Part shown: one piece after another, positions 56,824 to 64,000 of the stretch
Position numbering within the stretch: the stretch's first letter is position 1
Layout of the letters: each line of letters opens with the position of its first letter
NCBI GenBank assembly: GCA_017991615.1
Contig: JAGOQF010000003.1
Coordinates: forward strand, 285-64,284
Origin: Candidatus Shapirobacteria bacterium
GTDB taxonomy: Bacteria > Patescibacteriota > Microgenomatia > UBA12405
DNA: 64,000 nt
Reading direction: 5' to 3'
Made by a program: the position numbers and the translations under genes
Notes under the pieces: model-generated
The model's input: only the letters and a program-made list of their open reading frames with translations
The model's database searches: none
Told to the model about the DNA's origin: nothing

Positions 56824-57567
56824 ATGACTCATAAACCTTTATTAACTATTAAAAAGAAATGCAGTGGTCGTGATTCTCAAGGTCACATTTCTGTCCGCCA
56901 TCAAGGCGGTCAGCACAAACGTTTTCTTCGTCAAATTGAATGGAATCGCAATCGACTTGATACTCAAGCCAAAGTCGTTTCTATTGAATACGATCCCAAC
57001 CGCACTGCCGACATTGCTCTTTTGGTTTACGAAAACGGCGCCAAGTCTTACATTTTATCAACTACTAATCTTAAAGTCGGTGATACTGTTGTTTCTGCCG
57101 TTCAAGCCCCTATTAAAGACGGCAATTGTCTGCCTCTAAAAAATATCCCTATTGGTGTCCCTATTCACGCCATTAGTTTTCAAGTGGGCAAACCGGCTCA
57201 AATAGTTAAAACTGCCGGATCTGCCGCTTTCATTCAAAGTATTGATGGTGATAAAGCTACTATCAAACTGCCTTCAGGCGAAATCAGAATTTTTCACGCT
57301 GATTGTCGAGCCACTATTGGCCAGGTTAGCAATACTGATCATTCCAATCAAAAGCTAACTAAAGCCGGTCAATCCCGCCATCGCGGCATCCGCCCGGGTG
57401 TTAGAGGTGTGGCTCAAAATCCTAAGTCCCATCCCCACGGAGGTGGTGAAGGTCGCAGTTCTATTGGTATGCATCCCAAAACCAAATGGGGTCGACCTGC
57501 TTTCAAAAAGACTCGCAAACTCAAAAAGGCTTCTAATAAATTAATCGTTCAACGGAGAAAGAAATAA
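56824..57567 (+). CDS. rplB: 50S ribosomal protein L2 (short, 247 aa).
   Basis: GGGEGRSSIGMHPKTKWGRPA and HPHGGG motifs. Confidence 0.93.
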   Translation: MTHKPLLTIKKKCSGRDSQGHISVRHQGGQHKRFLRQIEWNRNRLDTQAKVVSIEYDPNRTADIALLVYENGAKSYILSTTNLKVGDTVVSAVQAPIKDGNCLPLKNIPIGVPIHAISFQVGKPAQIVKTAGSAAFIQSIDGDKATIKLPSGEIRIFHADCRATIGQVSNTDHSNQKLTKAGQSRHRGIRPGVRGVAQNPKSHPHGGGEGRSSIGMHPKTKWGRPAFKKTRKLKKASNKLIVQRRKK

Positions 57568-57584
57568 CAATTTTATAATTAATT

Positions 57585-57857
57585 ATGTCCAGAAGCTCAA
57601 AAAAAGGTCCATATATCGACCAAAATATTTTAGACAAAATCAAAAAGGGTGGCAATCAGGTTATTAAAACCTATGCTCGTATGAGTTCTATTTCTCCGGA
57701 ATTTGTTGGTCGTACCTTCGATGTTCACAACGGTAGAAAATTTATCAGTGTTTATGTTACCGAAGATATGGTTGGTCATAAACTTGGCGAATTTGCCCCC
57801 ACCAGAACCTTCAAAGGTCATGGTCGGGTTGTTAAAAGAGTTATTGAAAAAACCTAA
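57585..57857 (+). CDS. rpsS: 30S ribosomal protein S19.
   Basis: [11 protein letters not shown]...[14 protein letters not shown] is canonical S19. Confidence 0.95.
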   Translation: MSRSSKKGPYIDQNILDKIKKGGNQVIKTYARMSSISPEFVGRTFDVHNGRKFISVYVTEDMVGHKLGEFAPTRTFKGHGRVVKRVIEKT

Positions 57858-57863
57858 ACTCCT

Positions 57864-58322
57864 ATGCCAAAGATTACTAAAAAAACTGTTTCTAAAACTG
57901 ATAAAAAAGTTGTCAAAAAGACTCCGGTTGTTAAGGCTGATAAACCGATCCAAACACCGGTCTCTCAACCAGTTTTCAAAACTGCCAAATACGTCAACAA
58001 AAATATTCAAATTTCTCCAAGAAAATTACGTTTATTGGTTGATGAAGTTAGAAAATTCTCCCCGGTCGAGGCTCTTAACCGTCTTAAATTTGTCAACACC
58101 AAATCAGCCCGAATTATGGTTAAAGCGCTTAAAAATATCATTGCTGACGCCAAAAATAATTTTAACTTAGATACAAATTCATTAAAATTTGATACTATAA
58201 AAGCCGACGAAGCCTTAAAAATCAAACGGATGGATAAATCCCATGGATCTCGTTTCCAACGTGGTCTTATCCAAAGACGTCATAGTCGGCTCGTCATTAT
58301 TGTTAAAGGAGTCCAAAAGTAA
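57864..58322 (+). CDS. rplV: 50S ribosomal protein L22 (with a Lys-rich N-terminal extension).
   Basis: ISPRKLRLLVDEVR core. Operon position. Confidence 0.9.
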   Translation: MPKITKKTVSKTDKKVVKKTPVVKADKPIQTPVSQPVFKTAKYVNKNIQISPRKLRLLVDEVRKFSPVEALNRLKFVNTKSARIMVKALKNIIADAKNNFNLDTNSLKFDTIKADEALKIKRMDKSHGSRFQRGLIQRRHSRLVIIVKGVQK

Positions 58323-58324
58323 TT

Positions 58325-58966
58325 ATGGGTCAAAAAGTTAATCCTATCGGTTTTAGACTTGAGGCTGTCAAGAACAGTCCTGAGTGGCAATCTAGTTGGT
58401 TCGCCAATTCCAAAAAATATTCTCTTTTTCTTCTCGAGGACAAGAAAATTCGTGACTTTTTGCAAAAGAGAATTTATTCTGCCGGCATTGTTGGTATTAA
58501 AATTGAAAGATCTGTTAAAAAATTAAAAATTACTATTATTGTGGCTCGTCCCGGTTTGGTTATCGGTCGCGGCGGCAAAGAATTGGAAACTCTCAAAAAA
58601 GAAATTCAAAAATTACTCAGCAAAGACGCCGGTAAACAATCCGTCGAAATTCAGGTGGAAGAGTTTAAGCATGCTGATCTTTCCGCCAAATTAGTTGCCG
58701 AAAAAATTGCTTACCAACTTACCAAAAGAATGCCGTATCGTCGGGTAGTTTTGTCCGCCATTGAAAAATCAATGTCCGCAGGCGCCAAAGGTGTCAAAGT
58801 TGTTCTTTCCGGTCGTATTAACGGCGCTGAAATCGGTCGTCGGGAAAAATTTTCTGAAGGTAAAATTCCTCTCAGCACTATTAGATCCAGAATCGATTAT
58901 TATGAATGTCCATCACTTACTCGTTCCGGATATATCGGAGTTAAAGTTTATCTTTGTTTGACTTAA
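58325..58966 (+). CDS. rpsC: 30S ribosomal protein S3.
   Basis: MGQKVNPIGFRL start, KH domain, GRINGAEIGRRE motif. Confidence 0.95.
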   Translation: MGQKVNPIGFRLEAVKNSPEWQSSWFANSKKYSLFLLEDKKIRDFLQKRIYSAGIVGIKIERSVKKLKITIIVARPGLVIGRGGKELETLKKEIQKLLSKDAGKQSVEIQVEEFKHADLSAKLVAEKIAYQLTKRMPYRRVVLSAIEKSMSAGAKGVKVVLSGRINGAEIGRREKFSEGKIPLSTIRSRIDYYECPSLTRSGYIGVKVYLCLT

Positions 58967-58998
58967 AAATTATAACTTTATAACTTTACAAACTTTTT

Positions 58999-59400
58999 AT
59001 GTTACAACCTAGCCGAACCAAATACAGAAAACAATTCCGCGGCAAAATGCGAGGCACCGCCAAAGGTAATCTAGTTGCCTTCGGTGAATATGGTCTCAAA
59101 AGTATGGAATGTGGTTGGATTACTGCCAACCAAATTGAAGCCGCTCGTCGCGCCATTTCCAACGCCACTAAAAGAAGCGGTCGTATTTGGATTAGAATTT
59201 TTCCCGACAAACCTTTTACTCAAAAAGGCACCGGTACCATGGGTGCCGGCAAAGGTGAAGTTAAAGGTTACGTGGCTGTTGTCAAACCTGGTCGAATTAT
59301 GTTTGAAATCTCTGGCATTAACGATGAAGATTCCAAGAGAGTTCTCAAGCTGGCCGCCGCCAAATTACCCGTTGTTTGCAAAATAGTTACCAAAAAATAG
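58999..59400 (+). CDS. rplP: 50S ribosomal protein L16.
   Basis: MLQPSRTKYRKQFRGKMRG is canonical L16. Confidence 0.95.
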   Translation: MLQPSRTKYRKQFRGKMRGTAKGNLVAFGEYGLKSMECGWITANQIEAARRAISNATKRSGRIWIRIFPDKPFTQKGTGTMGAGKGEVKGYVAVVKPGRIMFEISGINDEDSKRVLKLAAAKLPVVCKIVTKK

Positions 59401-59411
59401 GAGTGGAATTT

Positions 59412-59615
59412 ATGAAAAAAACTGATAAAATTGCCTACAGACAAAAGAGTCCCGAAGAACTCAAAAAAAATCTGATCGATCTTAAAAAAAGTTTAATTGA
59501 GTCGAAATCAAAGTTGGCTACTGGCAATCAGTCCGATACTTCTGTTTTCAAAAAGACCAAAAAACAAATTGCTCTGATTTTAACCCTTTTGGGGGAAACT
59601 AAAAATGAAAAATAA
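59412..59615 (+). CDS. rpmC: 50S ribosomal protein L29.
   Basis: Start trimmed to MKKTDKIAYRQKSPEELKKNLIDLKKSL, which has the SD GGAGTGG. Confidence 0.85.
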   Translation: MKKTDKIAYRQKSPEELKKNLIDLKKSLIESKSKLATGNQSDTSVFKKTKKQIALILTLLGETKNEK

Positions 59616-59865
59616 AACTAAAAATACCGGTAAGATTTTTATTGGCAATGTTGTCTCCGACAAGATGGCCAATACTATCGTTGTTTCCCTTGAATACACT
59701 CGCCGACACCCTATGTACAAAAAAATTATTCGCAAACATAAAAATATTTATGCCGACAACAATCTCTCCGCCAAAACCGGTGATATTGTCAAAGTCCGCG
59801 AAACCAAACCCATCAGTAAACTCAAGAGGTTCACTACTATAGAAATTATCAAAAAATCTATTTAA
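59605..59865 (+). CDS. rpsQ: 30S ribosomal protein S17.
   Basis: [19 protein letters not shown]...[12 protein letters not shown] is canonical S17. It overlaps the end of rpmC by 11 nt. Confidence 0.93.
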   Translation: MKNKTKNTGKIFIGNVVSDKMANTIVVSLEYTRRHPMYKKIIRKHKNIYADNNLSAKTGDIVKVRETKPISKLKRFTTIEIIKKSI

Positions 59866-59866
59866 T

Positions 59867-60235
59867 ATGGTTCAACTTAGAAGTATTATTAAACCGGCTG
59901 ACAACTGCGGCGCCAAACGGGTCCAAGTGATTCACGTTTACAAGGGTCATTTTCACAAAAAAGCTACCATTGGTGATATTGTTTTGGCGGTGGTCAAGGA
60001 TGCCATTCCCAACGGTATGGTCAAGAAAAAAGAAAAAGTTAAAATGGTCATTGTTCGCACCAAAAAAGAATTTGGTCGCAGTGACGGTTCTTATATTCGT
60101 TTTAGCGACAATGCCGGTGTGGTTATTGATTCCCAAAACAATCCTCGAGGCACCCGTATCTTTGGTCCCATCGCCCGTGAAATTAAAGATTTAGGTTTTA
60201 ATAAAATCGCTTCTATGGCTCAGGAGGTTTACTAA
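59867..60235 (+). CDS. rplN: 50S ribosomal protein L14.
   Basis: [22 protein letters not shown] is canonical L14. Confidence 0.95.
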   Translation: MVQLRSIIKPADNCGAKRVQVIHVYKGHFHKKATIGDIVLAVVKDAIPNGMVKKKEKVKMVIVRTKKEFGRSDGSYIRFSDNAGVVIDSQNNPRGTRIFGPIAREIKDLGFNKIASMAQEVY

Positions 60236-60236
60236 T

Positions 60237-60584
60237 ATGAAAATACTCAAAGGCGACAAAGTCAAAATTCTTATCGGCAAAGACAAAGGTCGTGAAGGTC
60301 TGGTTATAAAAAGCTTTCCCAAAAAATCCAGTCTGGTTGTCAAGGACTTAAATATCTTCAAAAAACACGTCAAACCCACTCAAGGCAAGCCTGGCAGTAT
60401 TGTCGAAAAAGAACGACCTATTTACATCTCCAAAGTCGCTCTTATCTGTCCTGAGTGCAAAAAAGTCACTCGAGTCGGTTACAAAATTGATAAATCCGGC
60501 GAAAAATACCGCATTTGTAAAAAATGTCAGTCAATTATTGTTGGTACCGCCAAAGGCGCTACTACTCCCACCAAAAAGAAATAA
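60237..60584 (+). CDS. rplX: 50S ribosomal protein L24, zinc-ribbon (C+) form.
   Basis: KOW motif (KGDKVKILIGKDKGREG). The C-terminal region reads ICPECKK...RICKKCQ, a four-Cys ribbon. Confidence 0.9.
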   Translation: MKILKGDKVKILIGKDKGREGLVIKSFPKKSSLVVKDLNIFKKHVKPTQGKPGSIVEKERPIYISKVALICPECKKVTRVGYKIDKSGEKYRICKKCQSIIVGTAKGATTPTKKK

Positions 60585-60586
60585 TT

Positions 60587-61147
60587 ATGCTCAAAGATAT
60601 TATTAACACCACTATCAAACAAGATCTGATCAATAAAATCGGTAAGAAAAGAAATATTTTTTCTTTGCCACATCTTTCCAAAGTGGTGGTTAATTATCGG
60701 GTCAGTGAAGCTCGCGAAAGTCAAGAATCTTTGGCTGCCGCTATCGAAGAAATCACCGCTATTACAGGTCAAAAACCTCAACTTTGCAAAGCCAAAAAAG
60801 CTGTTTCTGCCTTTAAACTTCGTCAAAACGACCCTTTAGCTCTCAAAGTTACTCTTCGAGGAAGTCGAATGTATGATTTTGTTGAAAAATTATTCAATCT
60901 TATTTTGCCTCGTCTCCGTGATTTCAAGGGTATGAGCGCTACTGCTTTTGATAGTGCCGGTAATTACAATCTGACTATCAAAGATCAGACTCTATTTCCT
61001 GAAGTTAACCTTGATAAGGTTAATAAAATCCGTTCCGTTCAAATAACTCTGAATATCAAAGCCGCTTCCAAAGAGGAGGCAAAAATGTTATTATCAGCTC
61101 TAGGTTTTCCTTTCGAAAAATCCGCAGATTCTGAATTACAAAAATAA
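60587..61147 (+). CDS. rplE: 50S ribosomal protein L5.
   Basis: Start trimmed to [31 protein letters not shown] and FPFEKS-type motifs are present. Confidence 0.93.
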   Translation: MLKDIINTTIKQDLINKIGKKRNIFSLPHLSKVVVNYRVSEARESQESLAAAIEEITAITGQKPQLCKAKKAVSAFKLRQNDPLALKVTLRGSRMYDFVEKLFNLILPRLRDFKGMSATAFDSAGNYNLTIKDQTLFPEVNLDKVNKIRSVQITLNIKAASKEEAKMLLSALGFPFEKSADSELQK

Positions 61148-61149
61148 TT

Positions 61150-61335
61150 ATGGCTACAACTGCAAAAAAAGTTAGAGAAACAAAAAAATTAAAATACCGC
61201 GTTCGCTATCGCAATCGCTGTTCTATTTGCGGTCGTCCTCGCGGTTATATTCGTTTATTTGGTATTTGCCGTCTTTGCTTTCGCAAGTTGGCTCACCAAG
61301 GGATGCTTCCTGGTGTTAAAAAATCCAGCTGGTAA
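61150..61335 (+). CDS. rpsN: 30S ribosomal protein S14 type Z (zinc-binding, 61 aa).
   Basis: [20 protein letters not shown] is the CxxC...CxxC pattern of type Z S14. Confidence 0.93.
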   Translation: MATTAKKVRETKKLKYRVRYRNRCSICGRPRGYIRLFGICRLCFRKLAHQGMLPGVKKSSW

Positions 61336-61339
61336 AAAT

Positions 61340-61729
61340 ATGTTGCAATCAACCTCAATCGATTTTTTAATTAGAATAAAAAATGCCGTCAGAGCCGGTA
61401 AGAAAAGTATGACGGCCCCGGCTTCAAATTTTTGTGTTAGTATCGCTGATCTTCTCAAAAGATATGGTTTTATCACCAACTACTCTCTTACCAGCGACAC
61501 TAAACCTTGTCTTTCTCTTGATCTGAGCTATACCGGCAATCAGCCCAAAATAACTGATATTAAAATCATTTCCAAACCGGGTTGTCGAGTTTACGAAAAA
61601 GTTTCGTCCCTTCCTTGGGGAAAAACTCCACAATCTTTGATTATTATTTCCACTTCCGCCGGGGTTATGTCCCAAAAGGAAGCTAAAACCAAAAAACTTG
61701 GTGGCGAAATTATCGCTGAAGTTTACTAA
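61340..61729 (+). CDS. rpsH: 30S ribosomal protein S8.
   Basis: Start trimmed to MLQSTSIDFLIRIKNA. The C-terminus is GGEIIAEVY. Confidence 0.93.
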   Translation: MLQSTSIDFLIRIKNAVRAGKKSMTAPASNFCVSIADLLKRYGFITNYSLTSDTKPCLSLDLSYTGNQPKITDIKIISKPGCRVYEKVSSLPWGKTPQSLIIISTSAGVMSQKEAKTKKLGGEIIAEVY

Positions 61730-61742
61730 TCAATAAATTACT

Positions 61743-62282
61743 ATGTCGCGCATTGGCAAACAACCAATTTCTATCCCCAGCGGAGTTACGGCTACTGTCG
61801 ACAAAAATGTCGTCACTGTTGCTGGACCAAAAGGGAATTTGTCTTTGGTTTTGCCTCCCAAAATCAATGCCGAGGTTAAAGACGGTCAATTGATTGTTAG
61901 TCGTCTTACTGAAGACAAAAAAACCAAAGCTAATCATGGTGCCACCAGATCACATCTTAACAATATGATCAACGGTGTCCAAAATCATTGGCAAAAAGAT
62001 TTGGAAATTCGTGGCACTGGTTACAAAGCTTCTCTTAATGGTAATAAACTTAAAATCAATGTTGGCTTCATCCACCCGGTTGAAGTTACCGCTCCTGAAG
62101 GTATTACCTTTCAAGTCCAAGAAGAAACCAAAATTACTGTTTCCGGAGCCGATCGAATGGTGGTCGGTCAAGTTGCTAGTAATATTCGTAAAATCAGACC
62201 CCCAGAACCTTACAAAGGCAAGGGTATTCGCTATGTTGATGAATTTATAAAGTTAAAAGCTGGTAAGAAAGCTAAAGCTTAA
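61743..62282 (+). CDS. rplF: 50S ribosomal protein L6.
   Basis: [16 protein letters not shown] is canonical L6. Confidence 0.95.
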   Translation: MSRIGKQPISIPSGVTATVDKNVVTVAGPKGNLSLVLPPKINAEVKDGQLIVSRLTEDKKTKANHGATRSHLNNMINGVQNHWQKDLEIRGTGYKASLNGNKLKINVGFIHPVEVTAPEGITFQVQEETKITVSGADRMVVGQVASNIRKIRPPEPYKGKGIRYVDEFIKLKAGKKAKA

Positions 62283-62284
62283 TT

Positions 62285-62629
62285 ATGATTGAACAAAATA
62301 AAAAAACTAGAAGATTAAATCGGGTTAGAAACAAGATAGCTCAAAATCTTGGTATTCCCAGATTGTCTGTTTTTCGTAGTAACCAGCATATTTGGGCTCA
62401 AATAATTGACGATAAACATGGCAAAACTCTGGTTTCTGCCTCCACTAAAACCGTTAAAAATCTCAAAGGTACCAAATCGGAAAAAGCTACTGTTGTTGGT
62501 CAATCTTTGGCTAAACTCGCTCTTGATAAAAAAATTACTAAAGTTAGATTTGATCGGGGTAGCTACCGCTACCATGGCCGAGTCAAAGCTCTGGCTGACG
62601 GCGCCCGATCAGGAGGTTTGAAATTTTAA
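62285..62629 (+). CDS. rplR: 50S ribosomal protein L18.
   Basis: [18 protein letters not shown]...[26 protein letters not shown] is canonical L18. Confidence 0.95.
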   Translation: MIEQNKKTRRLNRVRNKIAQNLGIPRLSVFRSNQHIWAQIIDDKHGKTLVSASTKTVKNLKGTKSEKATVVGQSLAKLALDKKITKVRFDRGSYRYHGRVKALADGARSGGLKF

Positions 62630-62630
62630 T

Positions 62631-63113
62631 ATGACACCCAACCATCAAAAACCAAATCAAAAAAATGATCGACTAGAGAAACCGGTCAGTGAATTTACTG
62701 ACAAGGTTGTTCAAATCAAACGCGTTTCCAAAAAAACCAAAGGTGGCAATCAAATTCATTTTACCGCCTTGGTTGTTTCTGGTGACAAAAAATCCCGGGT
62801 CGGTGTTGGTTTGGGTAAGGCCAAAAGTGTCGCTGATGCTATTCAAAAAGGTATCAAAAGAGCTCAAAAGTCTTTGATTACTGTTCCCATTGTCGATGGT
62901 ACTATTCCCGGATCAGTTAAACTTAAATTCAAAGGTGCTGTTGTTTTGCTTCGTCCCGGCAAGGCTGGAAGTGGTATTATTGCTGGTGGTCCAGTTCGAT
63001 CCGTAGTTGAATCTGCCGGCATCAAGGATGTTGTCAGTAAAATTATCGGTTCCAAAAACAAGTCAATTAATGTTTGGGCAACTCTCAAAGCCCTCAGTTC
63101 TCTTCAAAAATAA
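62631..63113 (+). CDS. rpsE: 30S ribosomal protein S5.
   Basis: VVQIKRVSKKTKGGNQIHFTALVVSGD...GSGIIAGGPVRSVVESAGI is canonical S5. Confidence 0.95.
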   Translation: MTPNHQKPNQKNDRLEKPVSEFTDKVVQIKRVSKKTKGGNQIHFTALVVSGDKKSRVGVGLGKAKSVADAIQKGIKRAQKSLITVPIVDGTIPGSVKLKFKGAVVLLRPGKAGSGIIAGGPVRSVVESAGIKDVVSKIIGSKNKSINVWATLKALSSLQK

Positions 63114-63115
63114 TA

Positions 63116-63564
63116 TGGAAATTTTATCTCAACTTACCAAAATCACTAGTAAACCGACCCGCCGTCGCGGTCGCGGTATCGGTTCTGGACTTGGCGGTCA
63201 CACTGTCGGTCGCGGCACCAAAGGCGATAAAGCTCGAGGTAAAACCAAACTTACTTTTGATGGCACCAAGATCAAAAAATCATGGCTCAAAAGACTGCCT
63301 TTTATGCGAGGTAAAAACCGTCTCAGTAGTCGTAAAAATATCATCACTTTTAATTTAGCCCAAATTGATAAATGGTTTAAAAAAGGTGATTTAGTCGACC
63401 TCAATTCTCTAACTAAAAAAACTAAAATCTCTTTTAAGAAATTAAATGCTTCTGTCAAAATTTTATCCTCAGGCGATATTACCAAACCTCTCAAATTCAA
63501 AGGAGTTACAGTTTCCCAATCTGCTTCTCAAAAAATTATTGCTGCTGGTGGTAAGATAGAGTAA
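63116..63564 (+). CDS. rplO: 50S ribosomal protein L15 (directly after S5, with no L30 gene between).
   Basis: Start trimmed to MEILSQL. KPTRRRGRGIGSGLGGHTVGRGTKG is the L15 signature. Confidence 0.93.
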
Positions 63565-64000
63565 TGAATCGGTATACTAAGACCTTATCTCTTTATCTTG
63601 AAGGTTTAAAAACTCCAATTTTGCGAAAGAAATTACTTTATACCCTCGGTATTTTAGTTACTTTCAGATTTATTGCCCATATTCCCGTTCCTGGTGTCAA
63701 TACTGACATGTTGCGTCAATTTTTTGATCAAAATCAACTGCTCTCACTTTTGGACATATTTTCCGGCGGCACTTTAGCCAACTTTTCCATCACCGCCCTT
63801 GGTCTCAGTCCTTATATCAGTGCTTCGGTGATGATTCAACTTTTGGCTCTGGTCATTCCTCAACTGGCTGAACTCCAAAAAGAAGGGGAGTACGGTCAGT
63901 CAAAAATCAATCTCTATACTCGTATTGCCACCATTCCTTTTGCTATTATCAACGGTTTGGGTATGTATGCCATCCTTCGATCACAAAATATTATTGTTTC
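63564..64000 (+). CDS. secY: Preprotein translocase subunit SecY (3' partial, runs off the window).
   Basis: The ATG at 63564 overlaps the rplO stop as TAATG. The frame is open to the window end. LGILVTFRFIAHIPVPGV, ALGLSPYISASVMIQLL and QKEGEYGQ match SecY TM1-TM2. Confidence 0.9.
   Translation, partial: MNRYTKTLSLYLEGLKTPILRKKLLYTLGILVTFRFIAHIPVPGVNTDMLRQFFDQNQLLSLLDIFSGGTLANFSITALGLSPYISASVMIQLLALVIPQLAELQKEGEYGQSKINLYTRIATIPFAIINGLGMYAILRSQNIIV

Noticed and set aside
1-64000. Alternative genetic code (UGA recoding as in some CPR lineages).
   Set aside because: Core genes are full-length in the standard code. TGA is used as a genuine stop (for example at 8662 and 34383). TAA dominates, as expected for a low-GC genome.

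Overview
This is a low-GC (roughly 35-40%), gene-dense bacterial chromosomal segment, almost entirely plus-strand, with short genes and domain-reduced core proteins. That pattern fits a reduced-genome lineage such as Patescibacteria/CPR. This is an inference from gene content only: L30 is absent, IF-2 lacks its N-terminal region, AlaRS is short, ProRS is archaeal-type, a sortase is present, and the standard genetic code is used with TGA as a stop.

Gene content, left to right:
- a partial FN3-like surface protein
- an RHH-antitoxin/RelE-toxin pair that overlaps dut
- rmuC
- the heat-shock operon hrcA-grpE-dnaK-(DUF3850)-dnaJ, with a CIRCE-like operator
- a Ham1-like NTPase
- an orphan gene with its own promoter and terminator
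- nusA-infB followed by three non-canonical genes, then rpsO-pnp (rbfA and truB are missing)
- a Lon AAA+ module without a protease domain, and RNase J
- a minus-strand low-GC island carrying cbrC-like, SAM-methyltransferase, a small SEC-C ORF and HIT genes, with repeated operator-like motifs
- proS, ftsK, a rodZ-like gene, alaS
- a large membrane protein translationally coupled to a sortase
- ruvX, mltG, a MazG-like gene, a miaB-like gene, and two surface proteins (one carries an LPTVG sorting-signal-like C-terminus)
- rpoB-rpoC-rpsL-rpsG
- a 6.4-kb mosaic insertion (LytR_C protein, high-GC NUDIX, rmlBCD, FAD oxidoreductase) that splits the str operon from fusA-tuf
- the S10/spc ribosomal cluster through to secY, which is partial at the window end.

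I found no rRNA, tRNA or CRISPR array. The findings concentrate on the low-GC island and its repeated regulatory module, the unannotated SEC-C micro-ORF, leader hairpins upstream of nusA and fusA, the sortase with its candidate substrate, and the compositional mosaicism of the insertion.
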